A stretch of 64,000 nt of DNA from Phoronis australis (Eukaryota > Animalia > Phoronida). Each line of letters opens with the position of its first letter. Position 1 is the stretch's first letter. The stretch lies in the NCBI GenBank assembly GCA_002633005.1, contig NMRA01000263.1:265389-329388 (forward strand), given 5' to 3'. Position numbers and translations under genes: made by a program. The notes under the pieces are model-generated. The model ran no database searches and was not told the DNA's origin. It worked only from the letters and a program-made list of their open reading frames with translations. Below are positions 1-14,477 of the stretch, one piece after another.

Positions 1-2054
1 AACACTTACAGTGGTTAAACAACCATTCTCTTGGACCAAACTTTCACTTCTCCTTATACCTTATTAAAACCAAGGTTCATTCATCCAGGAATATAAACAA
101 TTAATAAAAATTATTAATCTTTTTTCAGACAACTGTTGTTCAGAAGAATAATAAATTCAGAAAGTTTCTTACATAATAATTCATTGATTATGATAAAAAA
201 CTCAACCAAATGAAAAATTTTCTATCATGCTTTTTGTTTAGTTACAAACATCTATTTACATTGATTAAATTACCCACCACTAACTCCATTACAATGTTTC
301 TAATGAGAGCAGAATTTCTGACAACAGCCTGCCTCTTATAGTGCACACTAAGGCTTCTATTAAAAGATTTATGTTATTTTAGAAGCTTCTTCTGTGACTG
401 CAGCAGAATCTTAATTTTCAATTTATTAAAATAATTCTGAAAAGGGTTTTTATAAACCAACTCTCAAACTTGATGATATCAAACTGAAAAATAATGGTAA
501 TTGTTTTCCAACATGAGGTGCTCCAATGCTGCAAGATAAAGTCTACAGATACTTTCTAGGACAAATAAAGGTCATTTCCTCGACGAAATGCACCGTGATT
601 CTCCTTAAAAAGACCACAAACTCTTGCAAAAATTATTTGTCTTTTAGCTAGGCTCTCAGCACAATTCTATTGCAAACAAATGCTGTAGCATGCAATGAGA
701 AAAGATAATCCAACGATGCTGGTCAGCATTTTTTCAGCAGTGTGTCAATTTCACACTGAGCGGACCTATACAACAGGCCACATGTTGGCAAGGTGCAATG
801 AGTTATGTGTAACTGCTGACAGGGAACATGTCCAACTCCTACTGTAAAAGGGCTTGAATTCATACAATATCTTGTCAACTCAACTAGAGGATTTCTACAG
901 GCATTATTTCACGCTTCCTCGTGCTTCATTGGACTAAAAGCAGTAAGCGTCAGGGAAAACCGCTGGGACATCGTTGGGACACCGCGGAAAACGCTAGCAT
1001 GAAAAATGTTCATCAGCATGAGCTCAGTATATAAAATTGATAATGTGCAAAAGTCAAAGTTTCTGCCTCTATTGGAAAATTATTAGCAAAAGTTTTTTGC
1101 CTGGTTGAAAAGAATCATAATGTAGTAACCTGTACCCTTATATCATCGGCACATACACTTCATTTGCTCCAATAGTTATCTCTAGACTTAGGTTCTCATT
1201 TGAAATGAAGTGTCCTGTGGACTAAAATGTTAGGCATGCATGATAGCGATGTCAAAATGTCTTGCTTCTATACAAAGACAGCCACCATGTCTTCAAAATG
1301 GAAGACCGCCATGTCTTGTGAAAAAAGGACAACACAATCACACACCTCACTGAAAAGTAGCCTCCGGTCTCTAAAATCTCTTTCAAGTCCTCATTCAAAG
1401 GTCTAGCTTTAAGTCATTGCCACAAAACCATCATATACTCCATACTATAATATCAAAGTATTGTTTATCTACAACTAGAGTCCCCAGACCAGTTGACAAG
1501 CATTCTTTACAGGTCCAGCACACACATGTTTTGATTGCAGATAAATCTTGCATAATTATCTAACTTTTGTTGCTAACTATTCACTAACTCTTCAATAACT
1601 GCCACTCAGTGAGAAGCCTCCAAAAGGTTTAAAGAAACCAGCAATTCAATCTCAGAATAATAGAACATATAGACATTTTTCAGAGCAATCTGTCATCAGA
1701 ACCCATCCTTTCTTTTTTATAGAAGTTGTAAATTTCTCACTTTGATTGTAGTTCAAGTGAATGTAAGCCTTACATTTTAGGATGCATACAACACTCAAAT
1801 GCACATTAAACCAGCAACAGTGCAATAAAACTTCTAGATTTTTATCATAAAAAATATTCCTTTACAACGAATCAGGGAGTCTTCCAACCAATCACTTTAG
1901 TGGTAGTCATTTTGTGAGGCTATTTTAGTAGGCTACGAAGCATAATCACAAAAGATGTGTCATTTTGCATGCTCTTGCGTAATCATTCTCTTTCGCCAAG
2001 TTTTCTTATGTCTATAGAAAACAGTTGAAAAAAGAAAGCATAGTTGGTCCTGGT

Positions 2055-2237
2055 CAACACATAGGGCTGCACTTTCAGGTCTGTACAATGTTATCACAAG
2101 ACCAACACATAGGGCTGCATGGTCACCTCTGTACAATGGTATCACAAGACCAACACATAGGGCTGCATGGTCAGGTCTGTATAATGTTACCACAAGTCCA
2201 ACACATAGGGCTGCATGGTCACGTCTGTACAATGTTT
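2055..2237. repeat. Minisatellite, 48-bp unit x ~4
   Basis: CAACACATAGGGCTGC recurs at 2055, 2103, 2151 and 2199. Confidence 0.95.
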
Positions 2238-2252
2238 TCTATCCTATCATTT

Positions 2253-2466
2253 CATGCATGCATCCAACCTAAAAAATAGGGAGACTCCATTTTCTGAAGA
2301 TGTATACCTTTAACTAAAAAACAAGATATTTCCAGAACTATGATTTGTGCATTCACCGAATTCCTGCCTTTTTAATGGTCTTTTGTCTCGTTTTCTACTT
2401 TTTCGGACTTTTTGTTTCTCTGAGGCTTACCTTTTTGCCCACTACGCAAATGGGGGTGTGCGCATG
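2253..2466 (-). mobile_element. ~220 bp MITE, CATGCGCGCACCC-TIR family
   Basis: Decayed TIRs CATGCATGCATCC / GGGTGTGCGCATG; shared core TTTTGTCTCGTTTTCT...TTTTTGTTTCTCTGAGG. Confidence 0.7.
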
Positions 2467-5400
2467 CATTAGGTTAGAAAAATGATTTGAGACAAAATCA
2501 TCTAAAAAGAAATGCTTAAATTTAAAGCTTTAAATTTGGAGTGAATTTGTCATGAGAACTTTACGAAAATGGGAGTGATCTTGTTGACTTTCACAATTTT
2601 TGCGACTAGTCTTTTAAAAGAAAAATACAATCATGGGCTTCTAGACGTGCATGGAGACCATTAAATTCAATGAAAATTAGTCAGTCACAATATTATAACA
2701 TTTGTTACTATCACCTTCATTGAAGATCAACAAACATTATATATCAACATTTTCAATAAATGCTCAGATCTAATTGGTAAGACTTGTTGTCAAGACAAAT
2801 AAAAAAAATTTGCATTATAGCGTATACAATATAAATAGGTAAATAAAGCAACAAGAATGGATCAACTGAAATTTTCGGATATAATAACGTCCTTTGTCAA
2901 CAGAAACAGAAATAAAGTAAAATCAAACAAGGTATTTATGAAGAATTTGGGAAACATACACTGACAAGCTGGTATGCAGCTATAGTTAGACACCTTTACA
3001 CAGCATAAGGTATGTCCTAAATACACAAATACCAAATAACCACAAAGGGAGCAAGGCCAAGCCATTCTCTAAAACAGAGGATGTTTTACTTCCAGACATT
3101 CATATGTATGGTAAACAATCATTATTGCCAAGGCACATGGAAGGGTGCAGTTCTAACCAATAGAACACAATAAGGAATGTTAACATACAGGACACCAGAG
3201 GCACAGTTACCAGCCAGTCACTTTCAACAGAGCACGCAAGTGCCTCGCGATATTTTTTTTTAAATGAACTTACAATATCTGATGCCATTATCTCCCCAAT
3301 CTGTCCTCACACTGCATAATTGTGACATGTGCCAAATGATGTCATCTGACCTAATTCACACACAAAGAGATTGCGTTTTGCGCAACCCTGAACAATAGAA
3401 CAATTCCCCTCCCGGGCATTTAGAGAATTATGCTAATTTGCCCAGATCATATGCATAAGATGCAAAAAAAATATAAACTTCCAATTGTGACTTTCAAATT
3501 TCTGCACTTAGACATATGATTGGTCAGTGAATGCATCAACAAAGATGGCAAACAGGTAAACAGACAGAAGTACTTAAATTTCACATAAAACAATAACAAC
3601 TAAATGTCATTCTGATACCATATCATAGTTAAGAATGTAGACTTTCTTTTCAATTGTGGACAAAAATTGGCTTTTTCATTATTCCAAGGTTTCTAACACT
3701 TTTGTGAATTTGAAATTTTGTCTGGTGCTAGTTGTGCAATGTATCATTGAAATGAAAAAGGATGAAATAAAATAAATTTTCCCTTATCCACCATGCTGTA
3801 TATCATGTAACTTGGTGACATTATACCCCACCAACACAACACAAGGCACAATCTATAGTTGAACTTTGATTATGAGCATCTTCACAATTTGTTAGCTAGG
3901 TACCAATGTGAATGTACCCTGATTTCAACTACAACTATCACCAACCCGCACACTTATTTTCAACAACTGATCATAAAATCAATAAACACGCATTGCCTTC
4001 TCGCACCAGCCAGAAGGTGGAAGATTCACCCTAGGCAGGGAAAACATCAAACTAAAACAACTGACGTGAACTTCTTACACTGTGTGAGAAAACCTGACCT
4101 ACATACATACCAAAAGAAAAAATGGTTTGTTTTTCCGTTTCCATAATTATCGGTAAGCCATAAGACATTGTCCATCATTGACAGATGGTATACTTCACAC
4201 AGTACAATGAGTCAGAGATTTAGTCAGTTCCCAAAAGGCAATTGGTAGAAATTTGGCTAACAAAAAGGCATTGTCACAAAAAATAGCATAACACTGTCAT
4301 GGCACTAAATGAATCTTAGTACACATGAAATTTATGACAATGGACATTTATAGACACACATGGTACATACTCGGCTGTATAAGGTCTGATTAAAAACTGA
4401 CTGAAACATTAATAAGTAACACTGGAAAATGTCAAAATGTTTAGAAGGTTATATGATCACAAATGACAGATTTAAAGGAACAGTTGAGATACTTATGACC
4501 AGTGACACCATCTTAAACATATTGTCAGAAATTGTTTTTACAGTGTTACAGTTTTGGATGCTCTCGAAAATTGTGACTTTCATGATTTTTATGCTGCGTA
4601 CAAGGAAGAATAATAAGGGACTACAACATCTCGAGGGAAAATTCAATTCACCCCCATATACTGATACTGCCACTTTTCAGTTCTGAAATTTTCTTCTCTC
4701 TTTCTCTCCCAGATTGCCATGTTTACATAAGGTACAGTTCCAGTGTAAATGGGAAGCAATACCTCAAGGTAACACCTCTGTTGTGTCCACAACCACACCT
4801 GATTAATTACACTAGAACAGTTTCCTACACACAAGATGTAATTATATTGACACAAGGTGACAGTATCAAGAATGTCTCTCTGGAGCCTGTTTCACAAGAG
4901 CCAGTGTACAGACATAACAGTGGCCATGAATGATCCAATCAAATGGCTTTGTCTGCTTGGATGATGTCTGTGAAAACCTATAGGCTGCCCATTACATAAT
5001 GTTACCCAACATTACAAATGAGCAGGTTTGATATCAGTCTGAGCTTCACTTCTTGAATAATGGTCACTTATAAGGCCTCAAATTGCCCTATACACAAAAA
5101 TAACACTGTGTATTAGGGAATGTGAATTTAGTATTAGTGATGAAACCACTTGGTAGGGCTGTGATTTCTTTCACATGTTGAGCAACAATAACAGAAAGAA
5201 ATTTAAGAGAAACCAGCAGATATTCAATTTCATTGCTTTTTCAATGTATTTTGTTTTCAAACATAGTGTCTTTGATGCAAGTTTTAATTTTCTTTACAGA
5301 AACTGACAACTTTTGTCTTCCAACGAAGTGACGCCTCCATATGAAGAAAGTTGATAGTTGACTTCAACAGAAGATTTCAAAGTGCCTTAAAGATGTGAAG

Positions 5401-7842
5401 CATTATAAAGCTTGGTAGATGGGTTTCTTTTATCAACATTGATTGCACAAAACAACAGAAAGTTAAAAGAGAAACCACAGGCACTGTGACAGCAATGCAT
5501 CAACCTATTTAAGAGTTTAATCTATTATACACCACACACTTAACAGTTAAAAAAACAGGGAGTGACTCAAGCAGACAACCGCTGAACTTGTGATTGTTCA
5601 GTCATTTATCTTTTGCTTTTATGGATGAGGACATGAAAGCTTTTAAAATGAAGCAATAATTTTTCTTTCAATTCATAAAAAATTCCTTTCTTTACATCTT
5701 CGCGAACTATCGACATCTTGATGTTACTAACAATATCTGAAAAAACAACCTGTCACACAATACAATTGATTGGAGACATCAGAGACTATGGACAGACAGC
5801 AATGCATAAACACTCATAATTTGAACTTTAACACAATTACTGTTTTCAGGAGGCACAATATCCTTGAAAACAACTGTGTACAATAGAATGTACAGCATAA
5901 ACACTGCATTCAAGACATAACAATCATACACTACATGTTACACAAGACTGGCTAAACCCAAGGAAGCAGGGTGTTCTCCATGAGTGTGCTAGACAGTAAA
6001 ATATTTCCAACTTTGGTCAAAATAATTATCAAAATGGTCACTTTTTGAGTTTTCAAACTTGAAAGCCTTATTATTGTATTGTTGCAAAAGTAGAACATGT
6101 TATGTGATTTTTATTATAGTTATACACTACAAATAAAATTATGATAATTTAAATAATGAAGACAAATTTTCTTAATATTTCATTTTTGTTTAGAAATTTG
6201 ACAAAGATATGTTCTGTTGAGTACAACAATTCCATTACCGTATACTTGGTGGCTCTCCAGTAAGCAGTAGGGTAGTCAGATCTTGCACCAGGTGTCACTT
6301 TATTCAAGGATTCTCCCAAGCTCAGTAAGGGAAATCTAAACATGAGCTTGGTACAATTATTGCAATTCAATGACACCTCAAGTAACATCAGACTGAATTG
6401 AATTGGAGATAGGCTATTAAGTGTTCACCAATGCAAGGTCGTATTCAATGGAACAGGTCATTAAAAGAAAATATATTGCCCAAATATTCCAAATTGGACA
6501 AAGTGTGATTTTGCTAGTCTGTCATATTGTGTCCCAAATTGTACCATAGACGCTGTCTCCATTTTCAAAGTTTCTAGCAAGTCTAATCCATGTATTATCC
6601 AGTGGTATCATCACCAGGAATATATAATTTTCCTGTGCCTTCTTTTGTGTAGAGCATGGATTTCCTCTGCAAAGGTTCTATGATTGACACGACCACCTCA
6701 CACCTCTGGCTGAGGGTCCAGACCACATCTCAGGCTCACAGCATCAAGATCACTTTAACATGAGCATTTACAGCAGTGACTGCCACACATATCAACACAT
6801 GGCTGCCTCAAGCCCAGTGCCTTAAGGGTACACTGTGCCACAAATTTATAATCAAGCTAAAACATTTAGTTTATAATTAGTTTCCACATAATTATTTAAC
6901 TTACAAGGTAATAACAATAGATAGCCTGGAAATTGTCAGACACATGAACATGTAGCCAGTTGATTTTAATCCCATTGAATTGCAACAAAGTATAAGAGCT
7001 CAATAAAAATATATGTCTTTTTAATTATAAACATCACTAAATTTATCTCCCATTCCATCCAGCTTATAGTGCACCCACTGGAACAGCTTATAGTGCACCC
7101 ACTGGACACATATAGGTGAGATTTTGTTGCTCTGTTTCAAGGTTTCCTTGGTCTTGGTCATTACAGGAAACTAATAAGGGTCACATTTAGGGCTGTAATT
7201 TACACAGGTTTACTGTGTAAGCACAGCAGGTCATACAGTACACTCTCCAATTTAGAATACACTGTGGCATACAAGACGATGAAGCATGAAAGTAATGCTT
7301 TACACTGTTTTCAAACATTGTAAAGCAATAACTTAACTTCTCTACCATATCTGCCACCAGACAATCTCTCAAACAATTGTGGGCATCCATAACAATGTCA
7401 GAAGTCCTTGAAAAGTGAAAAGTGTAAACAGGAAATTTTGGCAATCATTTTTTGTGTGGAATTGGTGAGATTTCACACTACTGGCATGGAGCAGATGGTG
7501 ACTATCAAGTAGTTCACTTCTATTGGTTTGATCAGTACAACCATCTGGAACACCTCGGGGTACTTTTGCAACCTCGAATTCCCCCTTGGAGGTGATTCTT
7601 AAGCCTAATTGTCAACACAATCATGACATTGTCATAGAATTTCCATATTCCACAGTTGACCACCTGTCTACACTGTCCCAATTGTTATATAAGATTGAAG
7701 TCATTTGCAGAGAGTGTCATAAGTGAATGAAGGGATTCATTTGTTCACCTCAATCACGTGATACTCTCGCATCATGTCACCAGCTTCAACAATGACTAGC
7801 AATAGATCTCACGAGTTGAAGGCTAAGTTACCATCAAATGGG

Positions 7843-8105
7843 ACGTGCTCTACCTCACCCCACGTGCTCTACCTCACCCCACGTGCTGTACCTCACCCCA
7901 CGTGCTGTACCTCACCCCACGTGCTCTACCTCACCCCACGTGCTCTACCTCACCCCACGTGCTCTCTACCTCACCCCACGTGCTCTCTATCTCACCCCAC
8001 GTGCTCTACCTCACCCCACGTGCTCTACCTCACCCCACGTGCTCTCTACCTCACCCCACGTGCTCTACCTCACCCCACGTGCTCTACCTCATAACACGTG
8101 CTCTA
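7843..8105. repeat. Minisatellite, 20/22-bp unit CACGTGCTCTACCTCACCC(C) x ~13
   Basis: Read directly; it explains ORFs 7774-8201. Confidence 0.95.
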
Positions 8106-10730
8106 TCACTTACAACAAATCAACTTAGACTCCTGAAAAACTGTTTCGAAGCCCTAGTCTACATGGTCTGTAATATTCAACAATCTACAGAACTTCTGTG
8201 AAGAGACATTTGACTCTACCACAATACTTAATGTTCCAGATGGTTCTCACAAATCAAAGGTACACAGTTGAATTACTTTACACAGTCCTTCACATAACAC
8301 ATCGTGCTCAGTGTCTAGTCTTACAGTTCCAAGTTTGTGTGCCCTGCACCCCCCCCCCCCCCCNNNNNNNNNNNNNNNNNNNNNNNNNNNNNNNNNNNNN
8401 NNNNNNNNNNNNNNNNNNNNNNNNNNNNNNNNNNNNNNNNNNNNNNNNNNNNNNNNNNNNNNNNNNNNNNNNNNNNNNNNNNNNNNNNNNNNNNNNNNNN
8501 NNNNNNNNNNNNNNNNNNNNNNNNNNNNNNNNNNNNNNNNNNNNNNNNNNNNNNNNNNNNNNNNNNNNNNNNNNNNNNNNNNNNNNNNNNNNNNNNNNNN
8601 NNNNNNNNNNNNNNNNNNNNNNNNNNNNNNNNNNNNNNNNNNNNNNNNNNNNNNNNNNNNNNNNNNNNNNNNNNNNNNNNNNNNNNNNNNNNNNNNNNNN
8701 NNNNNNNNNNNNNNNNNNNNNNNNNNNNNNNNNNNNNNNNNNNNNNNNNNNNNNNNNNNNNNNNNNNNNNNNNNNTTAGACAACTGTGTCACTCTGTCCA
8801 GGTTGATTAGAGAAACACTATCTAGTTGATTGAATACTAAACTTTAGGGATGAAATAAAATAGCACACAGCTACTAGCAGATATTCTAGACATATTGTTC
8901 ACTGTTTCCCTGTGTTGCACAAATTATCACAACATGTGCATACTGAACTGTCTTGATGGGTTGATAAGGGTCAATAGCTTACATGTTCACAGGTTCTCAG
9001 GTGTTGTCGCTAGTAAAGAGAAAGAAAGTCATAGAGTTTTTACAGTGAGTACACTTGCAAGAACATTCATATGAAGCTCAGGTGCGGGGGGCGTATAATT
9101 GAGGCGAGGGACCCCTAGACTTACATTTAGATTAGAATCACCAAGAAACTTAAGACTGGCACTGGTATATTTTACAAACTGACAAAATATCCTGGACAAT
9201 TCATCTTTTTACAAAACTAGATTTTTACAAAACTAGATTCTACCTAACTTATAAATTGCCCTATCCATTTTTTCAAGTTCTACACAACAACTGCCATTCA
9301 CAAAAACGTGAAGACGCATTCATTTGTCGGTGTTGGTGAAAGTGTCGGTGGCGATATCGTCATCATTTGATGACAGTGACGATGACAATGATGATGACTA
9401 TGTCAATGATGTCGTTGTCAGTAGTACTATGTACTGCCAGCAGCCCTGTCCATGTTGTTGATAAGTATAGGTACCACTGGTTTTAAGAGATATCATCACT
9501 ACAACAATGCGTGGACTAAGCTAACTTATCATACACTTCCATAACCTTTGAAAGTTCAGTTAAAAAGTGAGCTTTTCTTTCAATAAATTACTGTTCAGTC
9601 ACATATTAGCACGATGTGTCATATGCATGGGCAGTAATAGAATATTCACTGATGGATGGTGTCCAAAGTGTTGGTGACCAGAGGGAATTTTTTATCCCCA
9701 CCCTCCAATAAGTGTTACTTGTGTGTGGCAATGTAATAGCAATTATGTAATAGCAATTATGTAACCAAAGCAACAGTCTCTCCAGGAACCAATTAAAATC
9801 AGTCAGTTGCAGGTTAGCAAAAATTCTAATGCTGACCAATGTAATTTGATACAAAGCAAAGAATTATTTGGTTTAAAAACTCGCAATTTGTTCACGATTC
9901 AACAATTCCAGATTGTGTACAGAACAGTTAACACTCCATAACTGGACACTGATGTTCAATAGCAGTGAGGTAATTAATGTTACACAAATATGCTTACCAC
10001 ATGCTGCGAACAATAAAGTATGTTATTTGATTTTGAACAATAATAAGAAAGTTCAACACCCTTCTCACTAGGATTTAACTGGATTTCAACAAAAGGTTTA
10101 TTGCCCAGTAAGACTTTTCTAACTGTGTATAAAATTTAGCATAATACATAAAGGTGGAACAATTTACCAACATCATGTTCTGAGAAACAGTTCTCCACTG
10201 AAGAACTTGTGGGCGTTTAATTTTGGCCCTCACATGTGAACTCAGCAATTTCTTTTGTTGTTTGATGCTGGGGATGTAGATACATGTATCGAACTTGTCA
10301 AGGTTATGCAGGACTTTACAAAAGTGTCTACATTTGGCTAACCTCAGAACATCACATCTCAAAAATGGCCGATGGGATTCATTTGAAACTTTCACATACA
10401 ACACTTCATGCACTGTTCTCAATATTCTGTTAGGAACTTTTTTTAAAAAGGTCCATTCTTACATGAGGGGTTATCAGAAATAAGAGTTTTACGATTGTCT
10501 TGAAAAAAATAAAAGTTGCATAAAACAAAAATGAAACATTTTTAGAAAACTGTAACAGCATTGGTCAGATTTCATGTTGCACACTTATTTTGAATGAAAT
10601 TTAGTGGTGTTATTGATGGTGTAGGTGAACCTTTCTTTTTAGCTAAATTTTACTAAAAAATACATGGTCATGTGACCCCAACTAATGGCAGATTGGAAAA
10701 TAGTCTCAAATCAAATTCTATATATTTTTA

Positions 10731-10963
10731 ACGTGTGCACCCAGCCTAAATAATGGGAGCTCAAATTTTTGAGAATGTGGACCTTTAACTAAGATTCACA
10801 GAGTATGTTCAGAGCTATGAATGGTGCACTCGCTGAATTTTGGTAGTTCTTGCCTTTTTAGTGTACTTTTGTCTCGTTTTCTACTTTTGTTCGGAGTTTT
10901 TGCTTTGGTGAATGGGGGGCTTGTTCGAGCCCTCCGATCCCCACCTCCCTAGGTGCGTGCATG
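10731..10963 (-). mobile_element. MITE, CATGCGCGCACCC-TIR family
   Basis: Ends ACGTGTGCACCCAGCC / GGTGCGTGCATG with the same core. Confidence 0.65.
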
Positions 10964-12272
10964 CTTTTACTGAGTTAAAATACAGCTTTGCACACAATTG
11001 GCTAAGTGCACACACTTGGAGATACAGACTTACATAAGTCATAACCATAAACTGACGTATGAACAACTAAAGAGACCGGTAGTTCTTTACATGATCAGCA
11101 CATATTGTTCTCAAATTTCTCAACGAAGAAGAAATTTAACAAATCTTGCTTCTTTATTGATGTTAATAAATGCAGTTTGCCAACACCTTGTTTGTCTTTA
11201 TAAATGATAAATGCTACATTAAACTAAACTTGTGACAAAAAGTTGACTGGAAAATTTTCCAAACAAACCCCCCACTGCCTGGACATTTGACACCAGAAGT
11301 TGTAACACCACATAAATGCCCATGGCGTTTATTCAGCATAATTTTCCGAATTATCACCCATGGGCATTACATGGGGTAAGCTTATCTACGAACCCCCNNN
11401 ACCCCCCCCCCCCCCCCTCTCAAATATCACTATATTGCAGTTCATGGCACCGGAAGATGATTATCAGGGACTGTCAACCCACATATGAACAACTTGTGCA
11501 TGAAGCAACAAAGCCACTGCCTGGCAGCTGGACTCTAAACTAAATGATGAAACTAACTGGTAAAATAGAAAAAAAAAACATGAATTCACCTCATAACATC
11601 ATCATCCACATTGAATGCACATACCGGGGGGTATGTATCCCCATGTCCCATTATTGAATTCTGTGATGGATAATCATGTTCTGAATGGTGACAAATGTCT
11701 CAAAATGTCATCCAATTTATTGCACATGATCACACTAACTATAAATGTAGAGAATGCTTCAGTCATAGTCTTAAGGCAATAGACAGGTGACCAGCCTTAT
11801 GATTCAGTCACAAAGAGGGAATGCTAAAGATCATCACTGGTACTATGGTCCAACACCATATCCAAATACAAATGAAACATTCTGAAGGACAACTCTTTAG
11901 TGCTGCGAAAGCACAAATGTAATTTCTACTTCCTTCAATTTTAAATTTAAGTGGACACAATGGGTAGTAAAGTTGACAAAGATGAAATATGATATGCAAT
12001 AAAACATTCGCCATGACAAATGTACTCTGATGTCTTCTGTACTTTACCTACGACATTTACCTCTTTCTCTTGTCTTTCCTATGTTTAAAGATAAGCAGAA
12101 ACCAATAATATATGAAGAACTGGAGGAGATGGCAGGTGGGGGTAGGAGATGGCAGTGTGGTGCTATCTGGTGCAGGACCAAAGGCGATGCCTTGGGGACA
12201 ACCAGGAAGAGAATTGGCGGGAGAACAACTTGGTGACAACTGGGAGAGAAATTTTGGAAATGTATGGCAACA

Positions 12273-12344
12273 GGTCAGGAGGTGGGAACCAGTCAGGAGG
12301 TGGGAACCGGTCAGGAGGTGGGAACCGGTCAAGAGATGGGAACC
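12273..12344. repeat. 18-bp tandem repeat x4 (GGTCAGGAGGTGGGAACC)
   Basis: Read directly. Confidence 0.9.
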
Positions 12345-14431
12345 AAGAGAGGAGCAGAATTGGACAAAAAATTGTTGAAATGGTCATTTCCATTTTTAAA
12401 ATAAACTTGCTGCATTGTTGAAAATGCTCAAACTTTCTCCCTGTGAGCTAACAATGAAGTAGAACTATTCCAGTTTACTTTTGTTGAGGAATTTCATATA
12501 TAATATAATAATATAGCGCCAAGTTGTTTTACAAGCTGAAGAGCTTTACTACATCCTTTTTTCTGATCAAATAGAAGTCGATAAGAAATTGGCATACTGC
12601 CAAATTAGAAAAGAAACATTAAGTCACAATGCATTCTGAAGTCAAAATGGGAAATTTATTGAACTTTGACACTTACATTAAGAAAATAAATAAGGAAAAA
12701 AGAGTTTTAATTTTATTAAACCCTGCAACCAAATGACAGCAGTTGAATTATGGTTCTGAGACATGCAATGACAAGAGTACAACACCAGTACGTGACTGAC
12801 CCAGATCACAAGTGATGGCAAATTATTATAATTCAAGTAAAAACATCAACTGTGCTTAGAACATTTCAGAAAACAATTCCACTCCATTATGTTAGAGTCA
12901 TTGACCTAGTTTAGCGTTTAGCGTCATTTCAATACATTTCTTTGATCACCTAGATGCATTTCCCTTCCCGGGGACTTGCTACCTGACAATGAAATAATTC
13001 TAAATCTCCACGGTGACAGTGTGTCATTTTTTTCTCTGCGGTAGGTATATATCACCAACCTGAAGGTTTAAACTAATCATGTCTATTATCTACGTATTTG
13101 TAAATCTGGGAATTGAAATCATAAGCATAATCAGTAATCAAGAAAGCACCTTTAACACCATAGTAAAATTTAGTTGCTGTCAGAAAACATTATGGCAGAC
13201 AAGCAGGAAAAATATTTTGATATCAACATATTAATTATTAGAAGACAACTTACAGCATGCAGGTGGTGCTGCATGCAGGTGGTGCTGAATAGTAGAAACT
13301 TTTGAGATATTGCCTCCTGAAGCATGGAAAACTATAATTTGGCAAGTTGCAACCTACAGTGTATGTAGCTAACCATGCCAACGGAGGTAATCAGACCAAT
13401 GCAGCAAGTGCGAAGCTATGGCTACATTCAAAATTAGTTGAATGTGTTTGTAAGGTAAACACTTTGCATGAAACCAAAAACAAGTTTTAAAAATGTGAGT
13501 GAAAACCTGAAGATGTTGGCAGGCTTTCAATTCGACATAACAACTTTTAAATGAAAAGCATTTAAGAATGAATTACAAACACTTAAAGCCTCCCAGTTTA
13601 AAACACCCCTAAACACACAATAGCCACCTACAAGTGAATGGTAAGTCCATGTGTACTACACTTGAGCAGACTGATCTTATTTTCTGGAAAAATGCATTAG
13701 TTTGGATTAAGGCACACTACGACAAAACACACTCTTATTCTGTAGTTATCAATGAAAATTTAAATAAAAGCCAGAAAGCTACAGCATAATAATACTCCCA
13801 GCCTAGATATATGTATGATAAAGATTCATAATTCAACTGTCCACCTTAATTTAAAGCAGGTGTACAAGTTACAATGGGTGAACTGCCCCCTTCCATCGTC
13901 ACTCCAACCCCCCCTCCCCTCCTCCATCATCACTCCAACCCCCCCGCCTCCCACCCCTGAACTGAGAATACTGACGGACTTACCTGGGTATTAAACTCCA
14001 GGATGACAAGACTAATTATTCATTGTTTGTGTCCCTAACCCCCACAATTTGAGTGCCCACGCAGCATGAACAGCTAGTGAAATCAGACATTGAACGGATT
14101 GAAGGCTTGACAATGAACAATTTGTCAGTAATCCCATCATTTTTCAAACTTTTAACAAAACCAAAAAAAAAACAAATTTAAGAGTAAAAGCAAAAAACAG
14201 GATGTCATTTCTGAACTATTTCCACTAAACTTTCAGCGCGATGAAAGCCCAAACAAGGGAATACAGCCGACTACACACATTCAAACCAGGTGTGTGATAG
14301 GCCAAGACCATACTCTCAGGTGATCAAGACTGACTCCCCAGTCCACACCATGTTCTGAACAGTTCTGAGAAGATAGTATGACCACAAAACTTTGCACATG
14401 TACCTCTAATGTTCTTAGTGTATGTATTTAC

Positions 14432-14477
14432 CTGTTGGTATGGGAGGTCGGCCTTGATAGTTCATCATCAAATTCAT
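14432..14477 (-). CDS. Candidate alternative first coding exon (MNLMMNYQGRPPIPT/G, phase 1) of the large minus-strand gene
   Basis: An in-frame TAG lies upstream of the ATG at 14477, and the donor CAG|GTAAAT follows 14432. The phase (1) matches the exon ending at 25430. No downstream exon was identified to confirm it. Confidence 0.3.

Noticed and set aside
1960-8201. Repetitive-peptide ORFs at 1960-2279 and 7774-8201 (also 30745-31160 and 48518-48814)
   Set aside because: Open only because the minisatellite units lack stops in several frames; no splice or homology support.
9330-9420. GAT/GAC-rich stretch as an acidic coding exon
   Set aside because: Degenerate trinucleotide repeat with no sustained ORF or clear splice sites.
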